Origin: Methylophaga frappieri
GTDB taxonomy: Bacteria; Pseudomonadota; Gammaproteobacteria; Nitrosococcales; Methylophagaceae
Length of the DNA: 32,000 bases
NCBI RefSeq assembly: GCF_000260965.1
Contig: NC_017856.1
Coordinates: 510,001 to 542,000 of the forward strand
Direction: 5' to 3'
Of this stretch, positions 1 through 8,208 are shown one piece after another. The notes under the pieces were generated by a model. It was not told the DNA's origin and did not search any database. It saw only the letters and a program-made list of their open reading frames with translations. Both the position numbers and the translations under genes were made by a program. Numbering within the stretch: position 1 is the stretch's first letter; every line of letters starts with the position of its first letter.

Positions 1-1859
1 CGCTGTTTCCAATCCATTGACTCAACATTGTTGATCTTGATTCCTAGCGCACTCACAAGAGGTGTAATCCTTGAGTGAAATTCGTTCAGAAACTCTTCGT
101 TGAACGTGAAGTCAGAGTCCGAATCTGAGGTCTCTGGAACAATGAGTATTCCATTAATAGGAGAAAGTATGTCTAGTAACCTAAGGCCAAGGTCTGATTG
201 TGTGGGGGCGGTAATTCTCGTAATTTTTCCCTTACCGTTATAGCCGATATCTATTCGCGTGATCTCATTATTTACTTCAAAAAAATAAACTTCTAGGTAC
301 TGACCTTGGCTAACATCTTGGATCTTTACGTCGGATCCCTTTAATAGCCTTCGAACTCGTCCTAATACCTCAAGTGAAAAGTTTGCATGGGGTGGAATGC
401 CGAAGTTATTGTCTTCTTCTGTGTCAATGGGGTTGTCGCTAGCGTTTATATGTTGATGGTTTGACTTGGGAGTATTCTGGCTGCTTACCTTAGAGCTTAA
501 TATATTTGGAGAGTTAACAGCTTTGATGCCAGCACCAATCTTTATATTTGGCGGGTCTAAAAGGTATAGGTTTTTTGATGTTCTGGTGATTGCCGTATAG
601 AGCCAGCGAAAATAATCAGCGGATAGCTGACTCTGATGTGTTTTACATTTTACAAACACGTGATTCCATTCGCTGCCCTGTGCTTTATGGCAAGTAATGG
701 CGTAGCCAAACTTAAGCCTCAAAGCATTAAAATATGAATCTGATCGAAGGGTCTCTTTGAATTCCAAACTTCCGCGCTTTAAATGTGGATGACGGATACA
801 AAAATCCAAATACAAGGCCTTGCTCTCGTCTGAAGTAAGACCTGGATGTTCGCTGTAAAGTAAGTCTTCTAGAATTTTTGCGTTGAAGAAATGTGGAGTT
901 CCTTCTAAGTCTTTAAAGCCAATAATGACGTCTTTAAAAGCTAGCGAAACTGAAATCTCTTCAACTTCGTTCGTTTCTGAGTTCTTTCTGCGCAAGGTTA
1001 TTTGTCTGCGTTCGGTTGGGCTTAAAATCTCTCTGACCAGGCCGAAGTCACCATTTGATATAAAGAACCCATAAGCATTACTGTTGCTTACAGCCATCAC
1101 TTTATCGCCCGCAGAAACCTCTGGGTTATCTGGGAAAAAATGCTGTCTTATTTTTCGATTGTAAGCAGCGACATCAGAATTAGAATGCGCAAGGACTATA
1201 GACTCTGCATTAATTTTTCTATTGCAGGATTCAAGATATACATCTAACAAGTCTGCATGGCTTACGTTGATGATGTCTGGGAAGCTTGAGTCTATTGATA
1301 GCTGGTTAAATACCCCGTTCTTTAAAGATTTACGAAGGTTTATGGAGTTTAGCATGACTCCGCTACCTGACTTTTGACGAACAACTTCAGTCAATTCAAA
1401 CAGAGTGCTTTTGATATTGTGCTCTCTAGATAGATACTTCTGGTCAAGAGCAGGAGAGAAATTCATCCCGACAGGTGGGAGCTGAGCATCATCGCCAATA
1501 AAGATTACTTTTTTTCTGTGGTCATTATGGTCTAGATTTACAAACTTGAAAAAGTCTCTGAGCAAGTAGCCAGTACCGAATCTAAAGAATTCTTCCTCAT
1601 GATATACATCTGCAATCATTGACGATTCATCAACAATGTAGACAGTATCAGCAGACATTTCATTGACAGCCAGTTGAGCATAGAACTTAAATGTCTCAGA
1701 CCCATCAAGGTTGTCTTCTTTATACTCAGAAATATCTTTGAATGAATAGATTGTCTTGTGAATCGTGTAAGCGGGAGATTGTGTTTTTTTAGCAATTACT
1801 TTTGATGCCTTTCCAGTAGGCGCGGCTAGGACATAGTTTCTTCCAATAGCCCTAAAGTA
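1..1859 (-). pseudogene. SF1B RecD2/TraA/Pif1-like DNA helicase fragment. The 3' end runs off the left edge; the 5' end (Walker A region) is lost at the IS66 junction.
   Basis: My own minus-strand translation is open from 1859 to base 1. It is absent from the ORF track because it has no stop in the window. Motifs read directly: YVLAAPTGKASKVIAKK...YTIHKTIY (motif Ia region, about 1760-1830), YIVDESSM (motif II, about 1617-1640), FIGDDAQLPPV (motif III, about 1470-1502), YAITCHKAQGSEWNHVF (about 665-700). No GxxGxGK[ST] lies upstream, and the frame meets a stop at 1884-1886 inside the IS. Confidence 0.75.
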
Positions 1860-1941
1860 CGTAAGCGATCTATAAACACCATTCTAGCCTGAGCCAGCAC
1901 GGCCTGTCATAGTCGCCCCTCCATTTATCGAGGGCATTCCC

Positions 1942-2247
1942 ATGAAAAAACAGCAATGGCAAACTCATGTTAAGGCGTACAATAGCAGCGGCCTATCTAA
2001 GCGGGAGTATGCTGACAGTCACAAGCTGGTTTATCACCAATTCGTGTACTGGTCTCAAAAATTCAATAAGCCCAAATCACCAAACGCATTTATTCCAGTC
2101 AATGTAACAGCTAAGGCTCAACTTCAGCCACAACCTAAAGCCGCACCCGATGTTCCACTAGGTGTCCTAGAATATCCCAATGGTGCACGTCTAGTGATTC
2201 ACTCCCCTGAATTACTGGCACTGTTACCCAGCCTTCTCACGAGATAA
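1942..2247 (+). CDS. tnpA: IS66-family accessory protein TnpA (Orf1)
   Basis: This is a 101-aa ORF, first of the triad, 6 nt upstream of tnpB. MKKQQW...SGLSKREYADSHKLVYHQFVYWSQKF resembles the small HTH-like IS66 Orf1 proteins. Confidence 0.8.
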   Translation: MKKQQWQTHVKAYNSSGLSKREYADSHKLVYHQFVYWSQKFNKPKSPNAFIPVNVTAKAQLQPQPKAAPDVPLGVLEYPNGARLVIHSPELLALLPSLLTR

Positions 2248-2253
2248 TCAGCC

Positions 2254-2604
2254 ATGCTGTTACCGTTCAATACCACTATTTGGTTTTACCGGCAGCCGAT
2301 TGACTTTCGTAAACAGATCGATGGCATTGTTATTTTGGTGGCTGATACGCTGCAAAAAAATCCTGTTTCAGGTCAGCTCTTCGTTTTTAGAAATAAAAAG
2401 GCCGACAAATTAAAAATGTTGTATTGGGAGTCGGGTGGTTTTTGGCTGCTATACAAACGTTTTGAAAAAGGGATATTTAAGTTTCCCGGTGTTGTCGACG
2501 AAGCAATGGAGCTGTCCATGCAGCAATTGCAGTGGTTGTTGTCAGGGATTGATTTTACGCAACAAAAACCGCCTGAAAAATGCCAATACACGCGGTTTTA
2601 TTAA
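2254..2604 (+). CDS. tnpB: IS66-family accessory protein TnpB (Orf2)
   Basis: This is a 116-aa ORF. Its core, DFRKQIDGI...SGQLFVFRNKKADKLKMLYWESGGFWLLYKRFEKGIFKFP, matches the conserved IS66 Orf2 signature. Confidence 0.88.
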   Translation: MLLPFNTTIWFYRQPIDFRKQIDGIVILVADTLQKNPVSGQLFVFRNKKADKLKMLYWESGGFWLLYKRFEKGIFKFPGVVDEAMELSMQQLQWLLSGIDFTQQKPPEKCQYTRFY

Positions 2605-2672
2605 CACTATTTTCACTTTTGACTATCAGAATAGTCTATAATAATAGGCATAAAAACACTGTGCAGTCCATC

Positions 2673-4253
2673 ATGACCGACACTGAAAAATCCTTACAGC
2701 ATCAAGTCGACCAGCTAACACTGGAATGCGATTTATTGCGTAAGAAGTGTCAACAATCTGATGATGCCTATGCAGTGTTAATGGATCAGCTGAAACAAAT
2801 GCTACGCCACCGGTTCGGTCAAAAATCAGAGCGCTATATCGATCTCGAAAACCCTCAGCTGTCTTTGTATGGTGAAGTAGTTCTTAATGAAGCGCTGGAT
2901 GAAGAAGATGAAGTCAGCGACAATTCCTGTGACAATGATATTGAGCGCCAGAAAAAACGTCGGGCCAAAAAATCAAGGAATGCCTTTGCTGCACATTTAC
3001 CCCGTACAGAACAGCTAATCCCCGTTGATGCTCACGACAAAACCTGTCAGTGCGGCTGCCCAAAAAAGGTGATTAACCATGAGCGGCATGAACGTTTAAA
3101 TTACCAGCCGCCCGTCTATGAAGTCATTGTCGAACTGCGTGAAGTAGTAGCCTGCCCTAAAGGTTGCGTGGGTGAAGTGATCACAGCCGATAAGCCTAAG
3201 CATATTCTTCCCAAAGCATCCTTTACCGAATCCGTGTTAGCCCACATTATCGTCAGCAAGCTCGATGATCGTCAACCGTACTACCATCTAGAAAAACAGT
3301 TTGAAAAAAGGGCGGGGTTTCGCTTATCTCGCCAAACTATGGCCCGCTCAGTGATTGATTGCAGTGATTCACTACAACCGCTAATCAATTTAATGAAAGA
3401 CGAAGTGATTGACTATGATGTAGGGGCTTTAGACGCCACTACCCTGCAAGTATTAAACGAACCCGGACGATCGGCGTCCACAAAATCCTATGCGTACTGC
3501 TTTAGGGGTGGAGCACCCGGTAAAGACGTCATTCTTTACGAGTACAACGCCATAAAACACAAGCCCTTTGTTAATAATTGGTTTGCGGGTTTTAGTGGTG
3601 GGCTGCATTGTGATGGTGATCCGTTTTTTGATTTATTATTTGAATCTGAGGCGGTAAGCCCCAGTTTCTGTAACACCCACGCTAGACGCAAATTCGAGCC
3701 GATTGCTATCGCGTCAAAAGGGAATGGACTAGCCAAACAGGCGATGCGTTTTTATAAGCGCCTCTACAAAATAGAGCGCAAGGCCAAAGATGAGAAAATG
3801 TCACCAGAGCAACGCTATAGCCTGCGACAACAGTGTTCAAAACCACTGATGGCTGAATTTAAACAATGGCTTGATGAGCATTACCCGACTGTGCCGCCGA
3901 AATCATCGCTGGGTAAAGCTTTTGCCTATACCCTTAAGTTTTGGGATGGCCTGTGTGAATTTCTCAACGATGGTCGCTTAGAAGCGGATAACAATTTGAC
4001 GGAACAGGAAATCAAACCCTTTGTCATTGCCAGAAAGAATTTTATGTTTTGTAGTTCGGTGAAAGGTGCTGAGGCTCTGTGTCTTCATTTTAGTTTGATT
4101 AGAACGGCCAAGCGCCATGGATTAGACCCTTATCGATATTACCAGGAAATCCTAGAAGCGATTCCTCACTGCCAAACGGTGGAAGACTACGAAGCATTGC
4201 TACCCTGGAATATTGCCTTAGAAAAAGTGGGTGCCATCAATCTCGCGGCCTAA
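2673..4253 (+). CDS. tnpC: IS66-family DDE transposase TnpC
   Basis: The ORF track gives 2580..4253. I prefer ATG 2673 (MTDTEKSL...) because the upstream extension overlaps tnpB and is hydrophobic junk. Features read: N-terminal coiled coil, Cys-rich zinc ribbon (CQCGCPKK...ACPKGC), LDDRQPYYHLEKQF...LSRQTMARSV, ALDATTLQVL, GGLHCDG...CNTHARRKFEP and the C-terminal RTAKRHGLDPYRYYQEIL. All are typical of IS66 TnpC. Confidence 0.9.
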   Translation: MTDTEKSLQHQVDQLTLECDLLRKKCQQSDDAYAVLMDQLKQMLRHRFGQKSERYIDLENPQLSLYGEVVLNEALDEEDEVSDNSCDNDIERQKKRRAKKSRNAFAAHLPRTEQLIPVDAHDKTCQCGCPKKVINHERHERLNYQPPVYEVIVELREVVACPKGCVGEVITADKPKHILPKASFTESVLAHIIVSKLDDRQPYYHLEKQFEKRAGFRLSRQTMARSVIDCSDSLQPLINLMKDEVIDYDVGALDATTLQVLNEPGRSASTKSYAYCFRGGAPGKDVILYEYNAIKHKPFVNNWFAGFSGGLHCDGDPFFDLLFESEAVSPSFCNTHARRKFEPIAIASKGNGLAKQAMRFYKRLYKIERKAKDEKMSPEQRYSLRQQCSKPLMAEFKQWLDEHYPTVPPKSSLGKAFAYTLKFWDGLCEFLNDGRLEADNNLTEQEIKPFVIARKNFMFCSSVKGAEALCLHFSLIRTAKRHGLDPYRYYQEILEAIPHCQTVEDYEALLPWNIALEKVGAINLAA

Positions 4254-4407
4254 CGCTATAACGAAACCTACATCTCGTAGGTGGTTGATCTTTAACAATG
4301 TGTTTACTTTAGGGGGTACCGATATTAATACAGGTGCCCCTCTAATGTTGTTATATGTCAGTAGATATAACGGGCTGATACACTCATCGCCATGAAATAA
4401 CGCAAGG

Positions 4408-5913
4408 ATGCGTTGTATGATCCAACCAAGGCCGGAAGGGATGTCTGGCGGTGATGTGTTTAGCTATGCCCGACACCGACCAGAGCAAACACTGCTTTAT
4501 CAACTCATCGAGCGCTATTGGCCCGAGTTTCAGTCGCATCTCAGTGAGACAGACCGTTACTTGCCTCGCCATGTCGCACGAGAATTTGATGAGTACCTCG
4601 AATGTGGCAGGCTCGAAAATGGGTTTCTGCGGGTCCGCTGTGAAGACTGCCACCTTGAACACCTGGTAGCTTTTAGCTGTAAACGCCGAGGCTTTTGCCC
4701 CAGCTGTGGAGCAAGGCGAATGGCAGAAACAGCAGCGCTGTTAGTCGATGACGTCTTACCTTACAAACCTATCCGCCAATGGGTACTCAGTTTTCCATAC
4801 CCGCTGCGATTCCTTTTATCCAGCAACCCTCTGGTCATGAGTAAGGTGCTGGGCATTGTTAACCGAGTCATTTCAACGCACTTGATCAAAAAAGCGGGGG
4901 TTAAAGCCACACAAGCACAAACAGGCGCCGTTACTCTGATACAGCGTTTTGGCTCCGCGCTAAATCTCAATGTCCATTTTCATATGCTCTTCATTGACGG
5001 TGCCTACCAAGAAAAACACAACGGCCAATTGAGATTTCACCGAGTAAATGCACCTACAGCCAGCGAACTTAATACTTTAGTCGCTGCCATTAGCCAGCGC
5101 GTTGCAGGTCATTTGGAGCGCCAGGGTTTATTGGTGCGCGATGATGAAAGCAGTTATCTGACACTAGATTTACAAGACGACGATGCGATGCATCAGCTTC
5201 AGGAACACTCCATCACCTATCGAATTGCAGTGGGCCCACAACAAGGCCGCAAGGTCTTCACACTACAGACAATCCCATCCTGGGAAGATGATGATTTTGG
5301 TACAAACCAGGTCGGTAAAATCGCCGGTTTCTCCCTGCATGCTGGGGTGGCAACAAAAACACGAGAACGCAAAAAGCTGGAACGCTTGTGTCGCTATATC
5401 TCCCGCCCGGCGGTATCAGAAAAGCGACTGGCACTGACTTCGCAGGGCAAGGTCAGGTATCAGCTAAAGACGCCCTACAGAGATGGCTCGACGCACGTCA
5501 TCTTCGAGCCGTTAGATTTCATGGCGAAATTGGCAGCCTTAGTGCCGAAGCCACGCGCAAATTTGACGCGGTACCATGGTGTACTGGCCCCTAACAGCAA
5601 GCAGCGTATCTTTGTTACTCCCGCTAAACGTGGCAAGGGCAACACTCAAAAGCAGGGCGTGAAGGACGATGAGCCTGCGCTGGTTGATTGCCATCAAAGC
5701 ATGACGTGGGCCGAGCGGCTTAAGCGCGTATTCAATATTGATGTCACGATCTGTAGCCGCTGTGGTGGTGCAGTGAGGATTATTGCCTGTATCGAGGACC
5801 CGTCGGTCATCAATAAGATTTTAGCTCACCTGGATGCGAAGTCTGGGACGCCCGCCACCGTGAATCAAATACCAGAGCCACGAGCACCGCCACAAGAGAG
5901 CTTGTTCGATTAG
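4408..5913 (+). CDS. IS91-family HUH (Y2) rolling-circle transposase
   Basis: This is a 501-aa ORF. Features read: N-terminal zinc-binding domain (CEDCHLEHLVAFSCKRRGFCPSCGARR), HUH motif (LNLNVHFHMLFIDGAY), C-terminal catalytic Tyr region (LTRYHGVLAPNSKQR), and a terminal CSRCGG zinc ribbon. ATG 4441 is an alternative start. Confidence 0.9.
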   Translation: MRCMIQPRPEGMSGGDVFSYARHRPEQTLLYQLIERYWPEFQSHLSETDRYLPRHVAREFDEYLECGRLENGFLRVRCEDCHLEHLVAFSCKRRGFCPSCGARRMAETAALLVDDVLPYKPIRQWVLSFPYPLRFLLSSNPLVMSKVLGIVNRVISTHLIKKAGVKATQAQTGAVTLIQRFGSALNLNVHFHMLFIDGAYQEKHNGQLRFHRVNAPTASELNTLVAAISQRVAGHLERQGLLVRDDESSYLTLDLQDDDAMHQLQEHSITYRIAVGPQQGRKVFTLQTIPSWEDDDFGTNQVGKIAGFSLHAGVATKTRERKKLERLCRYISRPAVSEKRLALTSQGKVRYQLKTPYRDGSTHVIFEPLDFMAKLAALVPKPRANLTRYHGVLAPNSKQRIFVTPAKRGKGNTQKQGVKDDEPALVDCHQSMTWAERLKRVFNIDVTICSRCGGAVRIIACIEDPSVINKILAHLDAKSGTPATVNQIPEPRAPPQESLFD

Positions 5914-6096
5914 GAAAGCAAGGGAGAGGATGATAGGTGCTGCTCAAGGATGAGGTCGGTAGGATAGGTTGCGTGTCGGAATGCGCAAAACGCTAAAAAG
6001 GCCGGCGCATTATTGATTTGTGCTTAATCATTGTGCAGCTAATGGGTTGATAATAACTTGGCGATTGCTAATAGCCTGTTTTTTATTGTAGATTGG

Positions 6097-6136
6097 GAAG
6101 ATGACGGGGGTATTAAGAAGATGACGGGGGTATTAA
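6097..6136. repeat. Perfect 2 x 20-bp tandem duplication (gaagatgacgggggtattaa) just inside the IS91-like oriIS end
   Basis: Read directly: unit 1 is 6097-6116 and unit 2 is 6117-6136, identical. GGGGTAT in unit 2 pairs with ATACCCC at 6145-6151, giving a potential hairpin. Confidence 0.9.
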
Positions 6137-6142
6137 TCCTAC

Positions 6143-6352
6143 CTATACCCCTGACCCATAACGCTTAGTAATTTGGCGGGAATACTCTAGGTCTTTATCA
6201 CCCTCCAAAACTAAAGAGTCGGCAGAAGCATCTAATTTAAAATTAGGTAGATGGCTTGCCAGCCAACCCAAAATTAATACGGTCACTAGTAGCGTTATTA
6301 ACGGCCTACGCAGGATCATTAGCTCGTACAGTGAAAATAGTTTTTTTGACAT
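6143..6352 (-). pseudogene. N-terminal stub (about 67 codons) of a COG1033/MMPL-type RND exporter, truncated by the IS91-like element
   Basis: From ATG 6352 the sequence is MSKKLFSLYELMILRRPLITLLVTVLILGWLASHLPNFKLDASADSLVLEGDKDLEYSRQITKRYGS. This is TM1 plus the start of the first periplasmic loop of exporters that normally exceed 700 aa. The frame then reads G-V-stop using IS bases (stop at 6143-6145). The base retained at 6151 fits the first base of an Asp codon (RYGSD...). Confidence 0.6.
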
Positions 6353-6451
6353 GGAGAGCATTTCTCTTGTTATTTTTAATAACGACATCTGACTTGAAGC
6401 GAAATACTCAATAGCGATTACGCTGATTAGTATTGCTTGTTGAGACAATAG

Positions 6452-7879
6452 TTACTTATCGTTTAGCGCCTGCAGCAGTTGGCCATGAATACCACCAAAA
6501 CCACCATTACTCATGATAACAATATGATCGCCTGATTTAGCTTCAGCAACGAGGTTAGCCACGATGCTATCAACGGTGTTAAACACTTCTGCTCGGCCAT
6601 CGCTGTCGGCTATGACTTGCTCTAACGACCAATCTAGGCCCTTGGGCTGATACCAAATAACACGATCAGCATCGCAACTAGCGTCGGCCAACAAGGCCAA
6701 GTGAGTCCCTAAACGCATGGTATTTGAACGCGGCTCAATAACTGCGATTAAACGCTGCTCACCAATTTTAGCGCGCTGACCAGCTAAGGTAGTAGCAATG
6801 GCTGTAGGATGATGTGCAAAATCGTCGTAAACACTAATGCCGGCGATCACAGCTAACAGCTCCATTCGGCGCTTAACGCCTTTAAACGTTGAAAGCGCCT
6901 GACAGGCTATATCGGCAGTAACGCCTACATGCCTAGCCGCTGCTATAGCTGATAATGCATTGCTAACATTGTGATTGCCGGTGTGAGACCAATGCACCTC
7001 GCCCTGTTTTTGTTGCTTTAAGAAAATAGCAAAAGCACTGCCATCAGCGCTCAGCAGTTGCGCCGACCAAGTTGTATTCTCTTGGTCAAAGACATCATGA
7101 TGAATATTGGCAGCAGCGTTGTTTAGGGGTTTTTTACAAACAGCATCATCAATCGAACAACGCTCAACTTCTGACCAAAGCCCCTGAGAGAGAACGGTTT
7201 CTAAGTTGTCATTGCTCGCGGGCAACAACACCCTGCCCGTCGAGGGGATAGTGCGCACCAAATGATGAAATTGTTTTTGGATGGCCGCTAAATCTTCAAA
7301 AATATCGGCATGATCAAATTCAAGGTTATTAAGAATCGCGGTGCGCGGTCGGTAGTGCACAAACTTTGAGCGCTTATCAAAAAAAGCGCTGTCATATTCA
7401 TCGGCCTCAATAACAAAAAACGGAGAGTCACCCACCCGTGCCGAAACACCAAAGTCGGCAGGCACACCACCAATTAAAAAACCCGGCGCCATATTGGCGT
7501 CTTCTAGAATCCAGGCAAGCATACTCGAAGTAGTGGTTTTGCCGTGTGTACCGGCAGCTGCGAGCACCCAGCGGTCTTGCAGCAAATGTTCAGATAGCCA
7601 CTGCGGCCCGGAGGTGTATTTAAGGCCTTTATCAAGGATATATTCGACGCAAGGATTACCTCGCGACATGGCATTGCCAACCACAACAAGATCAGGCGCA
7701 GGTTCAAGCTGAATTGGATCAAAGCCCTCAACCAACGTAATGCCCTGCTCTTCTAGCTGGGTACTCATCGGTGGATAAACATTGCTGTCAGAGCCTGTAA
7801 CTTGATGTCCAAGCTGGCGGGCCAAAATAGCTAAGCCGCCCATAAATGTCCCGCAAATACCCAAAATATGGATATGCAT
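6452..7879 (-). CDS. mpl: UDP-N-acetylmuramate:L-alanyl-gamma-D-glutamyl-meso-diaminopimelate ligase (murein peptide ligase)
   Basis: This is a 475-aa ORF. Its N-terminus, MHIHILGICGTFMGGLAILARQLGHQVTGSDSNVYPPMS, is nearly collinear with E. coli Mpl. It has a Mur-ligase P-loop (GTHGKTTT). Confidence 0.93.
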   Translation of the reverse strand: MHIHILGICGTFMGGLAILARQLGHQVTGSDSNVYPPMSTQLEEQGITLVEGFDPIQLEPAPDLVVVGNAMSRGNPCVEYILDKGLKYTSGPQWLSEHLLQDRWVLAAAGTHGKTTTSSMLAWILEDANMAPGFLIGGVPADFGVSARVGDSPFFVIEADEYDSAFFDKRSKFVHYRPRTAILNNLEFDHADIFEDLAAIQKQFHHLVRTIPSTGRVLLPASNDNLETVLSQGLWSEVERCSIDDAVCKKPLNNAAANIHHDVFDQENTTWSAQLLSADGSAFAIFLKQQKQGEVHWSHTGNHNVSNALSAIAAARHVGVTADIACQALSTFKGVKRRMELLAVIAGISVYDDFAHHPTAIATTLAGQRAKIGEQRLIAVIEPRSNTMRLGTHLALLADASCDADRVIWYQPKGLDWSLEQVIADSDGRAEVFNTVDSIVANLVAEAKSGDHIVIMSNGGFGGIHGQLLQALNDK

Positions 7880-8208
7880 AATGATCCTTATTGTTACCCT
7901 TAGCAGCGACTCAAAAAAACGCTGTTTTTAAAGACCGCAAATAGTAGCACTCAGGTGAGACAAAACCTAGCTGACATGATGCAAACCGCACTCACCACTA
8001 CACTTAGGAGAGCGTTTCAAAAAAACCGATAACTGCACATAGCAGTAACAATAGTGACTATAAAAAGCTGGGGGGAGTTAACAGAGAGGCTTAAACAATT
8101 TAAGTGCCCTACCCTAAGATCAAATCACCACTGACACTTTCTTCACGATAAGAGAGGCACGATTGAAGTGACCCAAATTGCTAAGCTTAGACAGTAGAAA
8201 ACGAGCCA

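Larger units (their letters stand above)
1861..4311 (+). mobile_element. IS66-family insertion sequence. The left end is fairly clear; the right end is uncertain or possibly truncated.
   Basis: It has the canonical three-ORF IS66 layout (tnpA, tnpB, tnpC). GTAAGCG at 1861-1867, 81 bp upstream of tnpA, matches the hallmark start of IS66-family terminal repeats (from memory of family descriptions). No CGCTTAC mirror follows tnpC. The IS66-side sequence ends ...caatgtgtttactttag just before the IS91-like end. No 8-bp direct target duplication was found. Confidence 0.7.
4312..6150 (+). mobile_element. IS91-family (IS91/IS1294/ISCR-like) rolling-circle element, terIS-like end on the left and oriIS-like end on the right
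   Basis: It carries a single HUH/Y2 transposase gene and is about 1.84 kb, the size class of IS91. The right terminus, ...tcctaCCTATACCC (6137-6150), resembles the conserved oriIS terminus of this family (from memory). The ends form an imperfect inverted pair: left gggggtaccGATATTAATAC (4312-4331) versus right GGGGGTATTAATCC (6126-6139). The junction at 6150/6151 coincides exactly with the break in the RND-like gene. Confidence 0.7.

Noticed and set aside
883-1074. 63-aa plus-strand ORF.
   Set aside because: It lies wholly antisense within the helicase reading frame and has no motif or ribosome-binding site.
2580-2672. Upstream extension of tnpC (MPIHAVLLTLFSLLTIRIVYNNRHKNTVQSI).
   Set aside because: It overlaps the end of tnpB and is unlike IS66 TnpC N-termini. 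ATG 2673 gives the expected coiled-coil start.
4384-5594. Overlapping ORFs within the IS91 transposase gene (4384..4662 -, 4451..4669 +, 4761..4970 -, 5183..5437 +, 5388..5594 +).
   Set aside because: These are alternative-frame or antisense ORFs inside a gene with unambiguous HUH/Y2 transposase motifs.
6353-6448. N-terminal extension of the 101-aa ORF (MSQQAILISVIAIEYFASSQMSLLKITREMLS).
   Set aside because: The recognisable exporter N-terminus starts at MSKKLF (ATG 6352). The extension would begin only 3 nt downstream of the mpl stop codon and has no homology-like features.
7904-7929. CAGCG-(11 nt)-CGCTG followed by TTTTT, considered as a terminator.
   Set aside because: The stem is only 5 bp with a large A-rich loop. 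It sits on the plus strand where no upstream plus-strand gene exists, in the mpl 5' region.
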